A stretch of 64,000 nucleotides of DNA from an uncultured virus (IMG/VR IMGVR_UViG_640069328_000004) (taxonomy: Duplodnaviria > Heunggongvirae > Uroviricota > Caudoviricetes), in IMG/VR virus record IMGVR_UViG_640069328_000004. The stretch is one strand, 5' to 3'. The notes below the pieces were generated by a model. It was given only the letters and a program-made list of their open reading frames with translations. It was not told where the DNA came from and did not search any database. A program made the position numbers and the translations under genes. This document shows, piece after piece, positions 17,126-27,500 of this stretch (position 1 is its first letter; each line of letters begins with the position of its first letter).

Positions 17126-18375
17126 TGTCCCTCATCACCCGCCTCGCCGCGCGCCTGCCGGCGCAGGTCCGCAGCGCCGCCTACGACATCGAGAAGGAAC
17201 GGCGGCTGTCGCTGTCGGACGGCTCGGCATGGTCGCGGCTCTTCGGCCGGACATCCGCGGCCGGCAAGCCGGTCACACTCGACAAGGCCATGCAGCTCTC
17301 GGCCGTCTGGGCCTGCGTCCGTCAGACCGCCATGGCCATCTCGGCCCTGCCGCTCGCCGTCTACCGCAAGGAAGGCGACGGCTCCCGCAGCTCAGTGGAT
17401 GACCGACTGGCCGAGGTCCTCTCGGTCTCGCCGAACCTCGATCAGACCGCGCTCGAGCACTGGGAGGGGCAAGTGGCGTGGCTGATGGTCAACGGCAATT
17501 GCTATTCCGAGCGGACCGACATCGGCGGGCGGCTGTCGTCGCTGCAGCCGCTGCCGGCCAACATGACCCGCCCGATCCGCAACAGCGACGGCGAGCTCTT
17601 CTACCAGATCCTCGATCGGGGGAAGAGCGAGGTGCTGCCCCGCGACAAGGTCTTCCATGTGAAGGGATTCGGCTTCGGCGGGGACATGGGGCTGTCGGCC
17701 ATCAACTTCGGCGTCCAGACCATGGGCACGGCGCTGGCGGCCGACGAGAGCGCGGGCAAGCTCTTCTCGAACGGGATGCAGATCTCGGGGGTGCTGAAGG
17801 CAGGGCAGACGCTGACCGCCGAGCAGCGTCAGCAGATGCGGACGATGCTGGAGGCCTACCGCAGCTCGGACAACGCCTGGAAGGTGATGGTGCTCGAAGC
17901 CGGAATGAGCTTCGAGGCGCTGACGCTGAACCCCGAGGATGCCCAGATGCTGGAGACCCGGCGCTTCCAGGTCGAGGACATCTGCCGCTGGTTCGGGGTG
18001 CCGCCGATCGTGATCGGCCACGCGGGCGAGGGCCAGACGATGTGGGGCTCGGGCGTCGAGCAGATCCTGATCGCCTGGATGGAGCTCGGGCTGAACCCGG
18101 TGCTGCGGCGCATCGAGAAGCGGATCCAGAAGGATCTGATGCCCCGGGGTGAGCGGCTCTCGCGCTACGCCGAGTTCAACCGCGAGGGCATCCTCCAGAT
18201 GGACAGCAAGGCCAAGTCCGAGTTCCTGACCAAGCTCGTCTCCAACGGGATCATGTCCCGCAACGAGGCCCGCGAGAAACTGAACCTTTCCCGGCGCGAC
18301 GGCGGCGACGAGCTGACGGCTCAGACCGCGATGGCGCCGCTATCCGATCTCGGCCAGAAGGAGAATCAGGCATGA
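17125..18375 (+). CDS. Portal protein, HK97 family
   Basis: AVWACV, GNCY, VLEAGM, DAQMLETRRF, ICRWFGVPP, NEAR. Confidence 0.95.
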   Translation: MSLITRLAARLPAQVRSAAYDIEKERRLSLSDGSAWSRLFGRTSAAGKPVTLDKAMQLSAVWACVRQTAMAISALPLAVYRKEGDGSRSSVDDRLAEVLSVSPNLDQTALEHWEGQVAWLMVNGNCYSERTDIGGRLSSLQPLPANMTRPIRNSDGELFYQILDRGKSEVLPRDKVFHVKGFGFGGDMGLSAINFGVQTMGTALAADESAGKLFSNGMQISGVLKAGQTLTAEQRQQMRTMLEAYRSSDNAWKVMVLEAGMSFEALTLNPEDAQMLETRRFQVEDICRWFGVPPIVIGHAGEGQTMWGSGVEQILIAWMELGLNPVLRRIEKRIQKDLMPRGERLSRYAEFNREGILQMDSKAKSEFLTKLVSNGIMSRNEAREKLNLSRRDGGDELTAQTAMAPLSDLGQKENQA

Positions 18376-19211
18376 GCATGCGCGACCTGCCGAAGGCCGA
18401 AGTCTCGGCCAAGCCCGGTATCCGGAGCGATGTGAACGTGAAGGCGCTGCAGCGCTGGAACCCCGATGTTCGATCGGCCGCCGAAGAGGGCGATGCCAGC
18501 ATCTCGATCCTCGAGGTGATCGGGCAGGACTTCTGGGGCGACGGCGTGACGGCCAAGCGGATCAGCGGGGCGCTGCGCGCAATCGGCGACCGGGATGTGG
18601 TGGTCAACATCAACAGCCCGGGCGGGGACTTCTTCGAGGGCCTCGCGATCTACAACGCGCTGCGCGAGCATCCCGCGAAGGTGACGGTGCGGGTGCTGGG
18701 TGTCGCCGCCTCGGCCGCCAGCGTCATCGCCATGGCGGGCGACGAGATCCGCATCGCCCGGGCGGGCTTCCTGATGATCCACAACACCTGGGTGCTCGCG
18801 GCCGGTGACCGCCATGCGCTGACGGAGGTGGCGCAGTGGCTCGAGCCCTTCGATGCCGTCTCGGCCGACATCTATGCGGCGCGCAGCGGGATCGACGCAA
18901 AGAAGATCGCGGCCATGCTCGACCGGGAGACGTGGATCTCGGGCGGCCAGGCGGTGGAGCAGGGCTTCGCGGACGGGCTGCTGTCGGCGGACGAGCTGGA
19001 CCTGTCCGATGCCGACGAGGGGCGGGCCTCCGCCCGCGCCGAAAGGAAATTCGACGTCCTCGCCAGCAAGGCGGGGGTCTCACGCTCTGAGGCGCGCGAG
19101 CTGCTCGCCGCCCTGAAGGGGAGCAAGCCGGGCGCTGCTCCTGCCAGCATGCATGACGCTGCGGTCGCTGCGGAGGTGCGGAACCTCCTGAACTTCGCGA
19201 AAACCATCTGA
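18372..19211 (+). CDS. ClpP-type (S14) prohead protease
   Basis: INSPGGD, AASAASVIAMAG, MIHN, ETW, GFAD. Confidence 0.92.
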   Translation: MSMRDLPKAEVSAKPGIRSDVNVKALQRWNPDVRSAAEEGDASISILEVIGQDFWGDGVTAKRISGALRAIGDRDVVVNINSPGGDFFEGLAIYNALREHPAKVTVRVLGVAASAASVIAMAGDEIRIARAGFLMIHNTWVLAAGDRHALTEVAQWLEPFDAVSADIYAARSGIDAKKIAAMLDRETWISGGQAVEQGFADGLLSADELDLSDADEGRASARAERKFDVLASKAGVSRSEARELLAALKGSKPGAAPASMHDAAVAAEVRNLLNFAKTI

Positions 19212-19223
19212 TCGGAGATCACC

Positions 19224-20525
19224 ATGAAACATCTGAACATGCCGCTGGTGGCGTCCGCGCTCCTCGCGGCGACCCAGCCCCATGCCGTGCTCTGTGCCCC
19301 CCGGGCAGAGGGTGGCGCGGGCAACCTCGAAGCCCTGCTGAAGGAGGTCAAGCAGGAGCTCGACCGCATCGGCAATGACGTCCGCAAGACGGCCGACACC
19401 GCCTTCCAGGAGGCGAAGAACGCGGGCAAGCTCTCGGACGAGACGAAGGCCAAGGCCGACAGTCTGCTGACGGCGCAGAACGCCCTGCAGGATTCGGTCG
19501 CCAAGCTGCAGCAGCGGCTGGAGGACATGGACGCGCGCAACCTCGACATCGAGCAGCGCATGTCCGGTCGCCGGGGCGGGGGCACCGCGCGCCAGACCCT
19601 CGGGCAGGCGATCTCGATGGACGCCCAGGTGAAGGCCTTCAACGGCAAGGGCACCATCACTCTCATCGTGCAGAACGCGATCACCTCGGGTTCGGCCTCG
19701 GCCGGCCCGCTGATCGCGCCCCAGCGCGAAACCGAGATCGTGGGTCTCCCGCGCCGGCAGGTGTTCGTCCGTGACCTTCTGAGCCGGTCCACCACCAACT
19801 CGAACCTCGTGCAGTATGCCCGCATGAAGGCCCGCACCAATGCCGCCGGCGTCGTGGCGGAAGGCGCGCTGAAGCCCGAGAGCGGGCTGGAGTATGAGGC
19901 CGCTGATGCTCCGGTGCGCACCATCGCGCACTGGATCCCGGTCTCGCGGCAGGCGCTGGAAGATGCCGACCAGCTGCAGGGCGAGATCGACGGCGAGCTT
20001 CGCTACGGTCTCGACCTGACCGAGGAGGCGGAGATCCTCTCGGGCGACGGCGAGGGTCAGCACCTGTCGGGCCTGATCACCAACGCCAGCGCCTATTCCG
20101 GCGCCTACGAGCCTGCCGGTGCCACGGCGATCGACAAGCTGCGCTTCGCGCTGCTGGAGGCGAGCCTTGCTCTCTATCCGGCGGATGGGATGGTGCTCAA
20201 CGAGATCGACTGGGCGCTGATCGAGACGGCCAAGGATTCCGAGAACCGCTACATCTTCGCGAACCCCCTGCAGCTGGCCGGCCCCGTGCTCTGGGGCCGC
20301 CCCGTCGTGCCGACGACCGAGATCGACGAGGACAAGTTCCTGGTGGGCGCATTCCGTGCGGCCGCCACGATCTACGACCGCATGGACACCGAGGTGCTGA
20401 TCTCGTCCGAGGACCGGGACAACTTCGTGAAGAACATGCTGACCGTGCGGGCCGAGAAGCGGCTGGCGCTGGCCATCAAGCGCGCGGCCGCGCTGATCTA
20501 CGGCGACTTCGGCCGCGTCGCCTGA
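19224..20525 (+). CDS. Major capsid protein, HK97 family
   Basis: Coiled-coil delta domain, VAEGALKPES, LWGRPVV, FVKNMLTVRAEKR. Confidence 0.95.
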   Translation: MKHLNMPLVASALLAATQPHAVLCAPRAEGGAGNLEALLKEVKQELDRIGNDVRKTADTAFQEAKNAGKLSDETKAKADSLLTAQNALQDSVAKLQQRLEDMDARNLDIEQRMSGRRGGGTARQTLGQAISMDAQVKAFNGKGTITLIVQNAITSGSASAGPLIAPQRETEIVGLPRRQVFVRDLLSRSTTNSNLVQYARMKARTNAAGVVAEGALKPESGLEYEAADAPVRTIAHWIPVSRQALEDADQLQGEIDGELRYGLDLTEEAEILSGDGEGQHLSGLITNASAYSGAYEPAGATAIDKLRFALLEASLALYPADGMVLNEIDWALIETAKDSENRYIFANPLQLAGPVLWGRPVVPTTEIDEDKFLVGAFRAAATIYDRMDTEVLISSEDRDNFVKNMLTVRAEKRLALAIKRAAALIYGDFGRVA

Positions 20526-20542
20526 TCGCGACGCAGGTGACC

Positions 20543-20566
20543 GGGGCGGGCCTTCGGGCCCGCCTC
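20543..20566 (+). terminator. UUCG hairpin after the capsid gene
   Basis: GGGGCGGGCC-TTCG-GGCCCGCCTC; weak U tract. Confidence 0.5.
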
Positions 20567-20595
20567 TCAGTTCCGATCCCCTTTGGAGAGAGACC

Positions 20596-21006
20596 ATGTC
20601 GAAGATGACGGTCACGCCGCTGCGCATGCAGGTCGGCGACTACGGGCGTGCGCGTGCGCATGTGCCGATCAAGGTGGATGCCGACCTCGGCGCCCGCCTC
20701 GTGAAAGGCGGCAACTTCGTGGAGGGCTTGTCCGATGTCGCGAAGAAACGCGCCGCCGGCATCAAGGCCCGGCTCGATGCCGAGACCGCAGCGGCGCGTG
20801 CGGCCGAGGCCGCGCGCCAGAAGGCCGAGAAGGAGGCCGAGCGCGAGGCGGAAGCCGCCCGCAAGAAGGCCGAGGCCGCGCGGAAGGAGGCCGAGAAGGA
20901 GGCGGCAGCTGCTCGTGAGCGGGCGGATCAGGAGGCGAAGGCCGAGCAGCAGCGCCAAGCCGATGCAGCGAAGGCGGCCGGCGGTGAGGGGGGCGGCTCC
21001 GAATGA
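20596..21006 (+). CDS. Ala/Lys/Glu-rich hypothetical head-region protein
   Basis: GGAGAG RBS; EAARKKAE repeats. Confidence 0.7.
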   Translation: MSKMTVTPLRMQVGDYGRARAHVPIKVDADLGARLVKGGNFVEGLSDVAKKRAAGIKARLDAETAAARAAEAARQKAEKEAEREAEAARKKAEAARKEAEKEAAAARERADQEAKAEQQRQADAAKAAGGEGGGSE

Positions 21007-21344
21007 TCACCGATCTGGCCATTCTGAAGGAGCATCTTCGGGCCAGTGCCGAGATCCAGAATGGCCTGATCGTTCTCTATGCCGAGGCGGTGGAGGAGCG
21101 GCTGACGGCATTCCTCGATCGCCCCGTCTACGCCGACGCCGCGCTGATCCCGGCGCCCGGCGACCCCGACCATGATCCGCTTGCCATTGTTGCGCCGCGC
21201 GCCTTCCACGTCGCGGTGATGCTGCTGGTCGGCATGATCTATGACGGCGAGTGGACGCAGGCCGCCCCCGACCTGCCCGGACCGGTGCGGAGCCTGATGG
21301 AGCCCTATCGCGCGTGGCGGGATCTGCCGGAGGAGCGGCCATGA
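21003..21344 (+). CDS. Head-tail connector (HK97 gp6-like)
   Basis: LKEHLR...AVMLLVG..Y...VRSLMEPYR. Confidence 0.85.
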   Translation: MITDLAILKEHLRASAEIQNGLIVLYAEAVEERLTAFLDRPVYADAALIPAPGDPDHDPLAIVAPRAFHVAVMLLVGMIYDGEWTQAAPDLPGPVRSLMEPYRAWRDLPEERP

Positions 21345-21676
21345 AGGCCGAGAAGCTCGACCGCAGGATCCAGTTCCGCCGGGCTGCCCCGGTGGACGAT
21401 GGCTTCGCCGAGGTCGAGACCTGGTCCGATCATGGATCGCCGGTCTGGGCCGCCCGCGCGGATCTCAGCGACGGCGAGCGCTGGCGCGCGGCCGAGGTCG
21501 CGGCCGGCGTCACGACCCGCTTCACGGTGCGGTGGTCGGCCTTCGCGGCCGCCATCACGCCGAAGGACCGTCTCGTCTGCGAAGGTCGGGAGTTCGACAT
21601 CACCGGCATCAAGGAACCGCCGGAGACCCGGCGGCAGTGGATCGAGATCACGGCAGCGGCGAGGACGGACCAATGA
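21341..21676 (+). CDS. Head closure protein (SPP1 gp16-like)
   Basis: KLDRRIQF...VWA...RFTVRW...GREFDITGI. Confidence 0.85.
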   Translation: MKAEKLDRRIQFRRAAPVDDGFAEVETWSDHGSPVWAARADLSDGERWRAAEVAAGVTTRFTVRWSAFAAAITPKDRLVCEGREFDITGIKEPPETRRQWIEITAAARTDQ

Positions 21677-21790
21677 ACATCATGCACCCGCGCCACTGGC
21701 GCATTTGCAGGGTGCCGCGCGGCCTGGCCTTTGCCTTCACGCACCAGCGTGGCTTTGTCGTCTGGTGGCCCGTCATCCGGTGGCGCTGAG

Positions 21791-22351
21791 ATGCGGGTCA
21801 AGGTCGAGGGGCTGAAGGAGCTCGAGGCGCAGCTGGCGCGCCTGAGCAAGGGGGCCGCTCGGGGCGCCCTGCGCCGTGCCGGCGTGAAGTCCCTGCAGCC
21901 GATGGCGGAGATAGCCCGCGGTCTCGCCCCGAAAGACACCGAGGAGCTGGCGAACAGCATCACCGTGGCGGCCAAGGCCGTGGGCGGTGGCGCCGAGATT
22001 GGGAAGGCGGAGTTCGGAGCCGTGATGCGCGCTGGCGGCTCTAAGGGAGAGGCCCGGGCTGCCCTGCGCGATGCGCGCCGGGCGGCAACCGACGCGGGCA
22101 ACCTCAGCGCGGTCGAGCTCTACATGGGCCCCGCCAAGGCGAAGTCGAAGCAAGCTGCCATCAAGGCGGTGGTGCAGGAGTTCGGCTCCGTCAAGCAGGC
22201 GCCCCAGCCCTACATGCGGCCCGCATGGGATCAGGATCGAGAGGCCCTGCTCGGGCGGCTCAAGGTCGAGATCTGGGCCGAAATCCGGAAGGCCATCGTC
22301 CGCGCCGAGAAGCGCGCGGCCCGGGCCGCAGCGAAAGGAACCGCGAAGTGA
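21791..22351 (+). CDS. HK97 gp10-like neck protein
   Basis: KVEGLKEL...APKDTEELANSI...QEFG...PQPYMRPAWD. Confidence 0.88.
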   Translation: MRVKVEGLKELEAQLARLSKGAARGALRRAGVKSLQPMAEIARGLAPKDTEELANSITVAAKAVGGGAEIGKAEFGAVMRAGGSKGEARAALRDARRAATDAGNLSAVELYMGPAKAKSKQAAIKAVVQEFGSVKQAPQPYMRPAWDQDREALLGRLKVEIWAEIRKAIVRAEKRAARAAAKGTAK

Positions 22352-22682
22352 CCGACGAGAAGAAACACCCCGACGAGGTTGTGAAGATGCTCTCCGACCT
22401 GGCGGCGCAGCACGGCTATGCGCTGATGGCGGCCGAGCTGACTGGCTCTCAGCCGGTCGGCCTGAGCCTGCCGCGCTACACTTACAACATGGAGTGACGG
22501 GCATGGCGACGGTCACCTTGAAGATGCCGAAGTGGCGCGTTCGCGTATTCATCGCAGCGGCGTGGCTGCTGGCGCCGTTTATTCGCTCGGAGGCCATGGG
22601 CGAGCGGATCGTTGCCGCGATGGGTGAGTGGGTCCTTCGCGGCGTCCGTTGCTACGACGGCGACCGGCGGATCGGCTGATCC

Positions 22683-23063
22683 ATGGAACAAGCCCTCCGC
22701 GCGCTCCTGCTGGCCTCCAGCGGGGTTACGGCGCTTACCGAAAAGAGGGTCAACTTCGGCTCGCATCCGCAGGGTGCCGGCTTCCCCTATGTGGTGCTGA
22801 ACACCATCAGCGACCGTGAGGGGCTGACCGTCAACGGACCGGACGGGCTGCAGCAGGCCCGCGTCCAGATCGACTGCTTTGCCGAGACATACATGGCAGC
22901 GAAACAGCTTTCCCGCGCCGTGCGCGCCGTGCTCCACGGCCACAGCGGCGGCGGGTTCCAGGGTGTCTTCCTCGACGGCGCGCGCGACCTCCGCGAGCCG
23001 GGCGATGACACGGGGCGGCCCTATCGGGTCTCGCTCGACTTCCTCACCATCTACTCAGCATAG
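22683..23063 (+). CDS. Tail terminator (DUF3168-like)
   Basis: PYVVL...RVQIDCFA...YRVSLDF. Confidence 0.85.
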   Translation: MEQALRALLLASSGVTALTEKRVNFGSHPQGAGFPYVVLNTISDREGLTVNGPDGLQQARVQIDCFAETYMAAKQLSRAVRAVLHGHSGGGFQGVFLDGARDLREPGDDTGRPYRVSLDFLTIYSA

Positions 23064-23072
23064 GAGGGCCAC

Positions 23073-23516
23073 ATGGCCTCGAAACAGATCATCGCCTATG
23101 GGGCCTTGGTGGAGCGCTCCACCGATGGGACCACCGGCTGGACCGTGATCCCGGAAGCCAAGGGCATCGCCGTGCCTGTCGTCGAGCAGGACTATCAGGA
23201 TGTGACCTCGCTCGACAGCGAGGGCGGCTACCGCGATTATATCAAGGGGCTGAAGGACATCGGCCAGATCACCATCCCGATGGGCTACACCTCGGCCGGC
23301 TACGCCGCCATGATCGCCGATCAGGAGGCCCCGAACCCCATCCACTATCGCGTGACGATGAAGGCGGCGCCCGATCAGGCCACGGGCGACGTGTTCGAGT
23401 TCCGCGGCTTCCCGGTGCCGCAGCTGGAGGCGGGCGATCTGGGCGCCCCGGTCGGCATCAACCTCAACATTCGCGGGACCGGCGCCCCGACCTGGACTGC
23501 GGGGACGGCAGCATGA
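23073..23516 (+). CDS. Major tail tube protein
   Basis: DVTSLDSEGGYRDYIKGLKDIG; position. Confidence 0.88.
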   Translation: MASKQIIAYGALVERSTDGTTGWTVIPEAKGIAVPVVEQDYQDVTSLDSEGGYRDYIKGLKDIGQITIPMGYTSAGYAAMIADQEAPNPIHYRVTMKAAPDQATGDVFEFRGFPVPQLEAGDLGAPVGINLNIRGTGAPTWTAGTAA

Positions 23517-23893
23517 ACCTGATGCGCGGTGCGGTTGCCTTCGAGGCGGAGGGGCGCGAGCGCTTCATCCGCCTGACCACCAATGCCCAGGTCCGCTATC
23601 AGGAGCGGGCCGGAGAGACCCTCGTCGATGCCATCGTGGCCATGCAGGGCGAGGCGTCGCATGGCGACATGCTGCGGCTCCGGCGGCTGATCTGGGCCGG
23701 CATGGGCCATGAGGGGCTGAGCGAAGATGCGGCAGGCGACCTGATCGACGAGATCGGGCTGGCCGAGGCCTCGCGGCTGCTGGGCGAGGCGATCCGCGCC
23801 GCCTTCCCCGAGGCGGCGAAGGCCGAGACCGAGGACGCTGGGGGAAACGCCCCGGCGCCGGCCAAGCCCAGGGCGAAGCCGGCCGCGGCCTGA
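23513..23893 (+). CDS. Tail assembly chaperone G
   Basis: Follows the tail tube gene; slippery G GGA AAC at 23842-23848. Confidence 0.82.
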   Translation: MNLMRGAVAFEAEGRERFIRLTTNAQVRYQERAGETLVDAIVAMQGEASHGDMLRLRRLIWAGMGHEGLSEDAAGDLIDEIGLAEASRLLGEAIRAAFPEAAKAETEDAGGNAPAPAKPRAKPAAA

Positions 23894-24213
23894 TCGAGGA
23901 CCTTCTTGCCCGGTGGCTCGCCGCCGGGCAGGAATACGAGCTGTTCTGGCGGCTCACGCCTCGCGAGTTGATCTCGATCCTGGAGGGCGACTACAAGCGG
24001 CGCCGGCGCGAGATCGAGGACAGGCGCGTGCTGCAGCACGAGCTCGCCACGCTCGTGGGCTTCGCCTTCCACCAGCCAAGCAAGATGCCGGACTACAAGC
24101 CGCCGGCAGAGGCAAGCGCGCCGCCGCCTCGGAAGGCGGAGGCCGGCTGGGATGTGGATCACGAGCGGGTGCGCGGGTTGCTCATGGGGATGGCACTGAG
24201 GGGGCGCGGTTAG
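23842..24213 (+). CDS. -1 frameshift extension giving chaperone G-T
   Basis: -1 frame open from the slippery site through LFWRLTPRELISILEG to the stop at 24213. Confidence 0.75.
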   Translation, partial: GKRPGAGQAQGEAGRGLIEDLLARWLAAGQEYELFWRLTPRELISILEGDYKRRRREIEDRRVLQHELATLVGFAFHQPSKMPDYKPPAEASAPPPRKAEAGWDVDHERVRGLLMGMALRGRG

Positions 24214-24521
24214 CGGCAGTCCATCTGCGCTGCCGGCTCAAGGAAAACATCCTCGCCAATCACGTTGAAGACCTGCCAATCCGACAGCATCCCAATCGCA
24301 TTTTTGCCGCGGACCTCGCCGCACCAGACGTTCGGGATGGTTGGGTGCGCGGCAACTTCGCGAAACTCCGCGGTGTCCGGGATCATCAGTCGCTCGCGCA
24401 CGAGAGACAGGTGCCGCGGTTCTGGCCAACTTGGCAGGCTAATGCTTCGCCCGCTGGCAAAGATCACCGCCGCTGCAACGATTGCTCCGGCCGCGAGGAT
24501 GGACATGGCGATCCTGTTCAT
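24210..24521 (-). CDS. Moron: exported/membrane-anchored protein, antisense to the late operon
   Basis: GAGGTG RBS; N-terminal hydrophobic segment; L.IPDTAEFREV...WCGEVRGKNAIG. Confidence 0.7.
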   Translation of the reverse strand: MNRIAMSILAAGAIVAAAVIFASGRSISLPSWPEPRHLSLVRERLMIPDTAEFREVAAHPTIPNVWCGEVRGKNAIGMLSDWQVFNVIGEDVFLEPAAQMDCR

Positions 24522-24574
24522 TCGCACCTCTCTCAACTCGCTCTAGCAGAGCACTCTATTAAGGGCGGAACTTC

Positions 24575-27500
24575 ATGTCAGCAGTCATTGGCAGCCTGCG
24601 CGTTAACCTGGGCCTTGACAGCGCGCAATTCCAGCAGGGGCTGAAGACGGCTCAATCGTCGCTTGGCCTCGCCGGCAAATCCTTTGCCGCCCTTTCCGCC
24701 GTTGGGGCCACGGTCGGGGCCGCCATGACCGCCATCGTGGCGCCCACCGCACGCGCGGCCAACGAGATCAGCCGTCTGTCGCAAGTGGCCAGCACCACGC
24801 CCGGGACGCTGCAGCGCTGGTCCGCAGGGGCGAAGACGGTCGGGATCGAGCAGGAGAAGCTGGCCGACATCCTGAAGGATGTGAACGACAAGGTGGGCGA
24901 CTTCCTGTCCACCGGCGGCGGGCCGATGAAGGACTTCTTCGAGCAGATTGCGCCGCGCGTCGGGGTGACGGCCGAGCAGTTCCGCAAGCTCTCCGGGCCG
25001 GATGCGCTGCAACTCTACGTCACCAGCCTCCAGAAGGCGGGCCTCGCGCAGTCAGAGATGACCTTCTACATGGAGGCCATTGCAAGCGACAGCACGCTCC
25101 TTCTGCCGCTTTTGCGCGACAACGGTGCCGAGATGGAGCGGCTCGGCGCGGCGGCCTCCAGTCTCGGCGCTGTTCTTGGGGATGATGCTGTCGAGGCGTT
25201 GCGCCGGGCGCACCTTGCGCTTGGCGACGTGTCCACCGCCCTGCAGGGCGCGCGTGACCGGATGGCTGCCGAGCTTGCCCCCGCGGTCGAGGCGATGGCC
25301 GTTGCCTTCACCAATTCGATGCGCGAGGGCGGCGCGCTGCGGACGGTGCTGGATGGACTCGGCGGTGTCGCGGCTTCGGCGGTGCAGGGCGTCGCTTCCC
25401 TTGCGGACCACGCGGACATTCTGGCCTCTGCGCTCGTCGGTATAGCGGCCACTGCTATCCCCAGCATGATGACTGCGGTCGCAGGCATGACGACCGGATT
25501 GGGTTTGGCTACGATTGCGACCAACACCCTGGCCGGTGCGCTTGGCTATCTTCGAGCGGCCATCGCTGTGGCGGGCGGTCCCTGGGGCATTCTCGCTGGG
25601 GCCGTGGCATCGGCAGCGGCCTACTTCCTCGTTTTCAGAGACAACGCAGGCCACGCAGAAGACGCAGCCTATAACATGGCAGCGGCAGAGGCAGCGCTCC
25701 GGGGAGAGATGGAGGCCTTCGCCACGTCGTCGAGCCCGGCGGCTCGCGAGGAAAGCCGAAAGCGGGTGATCTCACTTAAGGAGCAGGCGACAGCGGCATT
25801 GCAAACCGCTCAGGCGGAACTCGCGCTTGCCGAGGCGATGGGCGAGGATATCAAGCCCGGCTCGCTTATGGATACGGCTGGCCCGGAGGAGGGGGCGCGG
25901 AGCCTCGACGCGCGGCGCCAGAAGATCGCCGACCTGACCGCGCAGCTCCGCGACATGACCGCGGCCCTGAAAGACATGGACGCAAGTGCCGGCGGCGGCG
26001 CAACGGTGATCCCTCAGCCGTCTGCAATCACACCCACTACGAAGGCGGTCAAGGATCTTGGATCGGCTGGGCGCTCAGCGGGCAAGCAGATCAAGGACGG
26101 GATGAATGGCGCCAAGGACAGCGCCAACGAGTTTGCCGATGCGCTGCGCGACAACGTGGTGCGGTCGATCTCGTCCGCCGTCGGCAGCGCCGTCGACTGG
26201 ATGCTCGACGGCTTCGAGGGCGGCTTCAAGGGCCTCCTAGATATCGCGAAGAACACGCTGAAGCAGATCATCGGCATGTTCATGACGAACCGGATCACGC
26301 TCTCGCTCGGCCTCGGGGTCTCGGGCGGGGCCGCCGGCGTGGCCAGCGCCGCGGCGGCGGGCGTGCCGGGCATGGGCGGGGGCGGCCTCGGGATGCTGGG
26401 GAGCCTCTTCGGCGGCGGTGGCGGTGGCGGGTTCCTGGGCGGGATCGGCAATGCCTTCAGCGCCTTCGGCAGTGGGGCTCTGGGCTCGCTCGGCAACTTC
26501 TTCTCGGGCGGCCTCTCCGGGGGCTTTGCCTACATCGGCCAGTCGCTCAGCATGGCGACCAGCGGTCTCGTGGGACTGGCGCAGGCCGCGGGCGCGATCC
26601 TCGGCCCGGTCGCCGCCGTGGCGGCTGCCGTCTCCTTCTTCGGCACAAAGACGAAGCTCCTCGATGCCGGCCTCCGCGTCACGGTGCGCGAGTTGAACGC
26701 GATGGTCGAAACCTACAAGAAGGTGGAGAAGTCCCGGTTCGGCGGGCTGTCTAAGTCGCGGCGCACGAGCTATGGCCTCGCGGATGGCGAGGTGGCCAGC
26801 CCCATCGTCAAGGCCGTGAGCCAGATGCAGGCTTCCGTCCTGGATGTCGCGGACACGCTCGGCATCGGGGCCGAGGCCTTCAAGGGCTTTGCCGCCTCCG
26901 TGAAGTTCTCGACCAAGGGGCTCTCCGACGAGGAGATCGGCGCGAAGCTGCAGGAGAAGCTCACGGAGCTCGGCGACAACTTCGCGGCGCGTGCCTTCGG
27001 CTATGTCGGGAAGAACGACCAGGCGATCCGGGATCTCGAGAAGCGGATCGCGGAGGGCACGTCCGAGGCGGTGGTGACCGGCCTCAAGGGATCCATCGGC
27101 GACAAGATTCTCTCCGCCTTCTTCGGCCGCAAGCAGCAGGGCGATCTGGCCGACCTGATCGCGGGCAACAGCCTCGTCTCGACCCGCCCCGAGCTCGCCG
27201 CTCTGGTCAAGGAGGGCGAGAGCTTCGTCGAGGCCCTGCAGCGGCTGAGTGCGGCCATGACCGGGGTCAACGGCGTGATGGACACGCTGGGCATGAGCTT
27301 CCGGGCGGTGGACATGGTGACCGCCGGCATGGCCTCGGATCTGGCCGCGCTCTTCGGCGGGCTCGAGGGAATGGTCTCCGCCACCACCACCTACTATCAG
27401 GCCTTCTACAGCGAAGCCGAGCGGATGGAGACGGCGACCCGGCAGGCGACCGAGGCGCTGGCCAAGATGGGTGTGGCTCTGCCCGAGACCCGCGCGGAGT

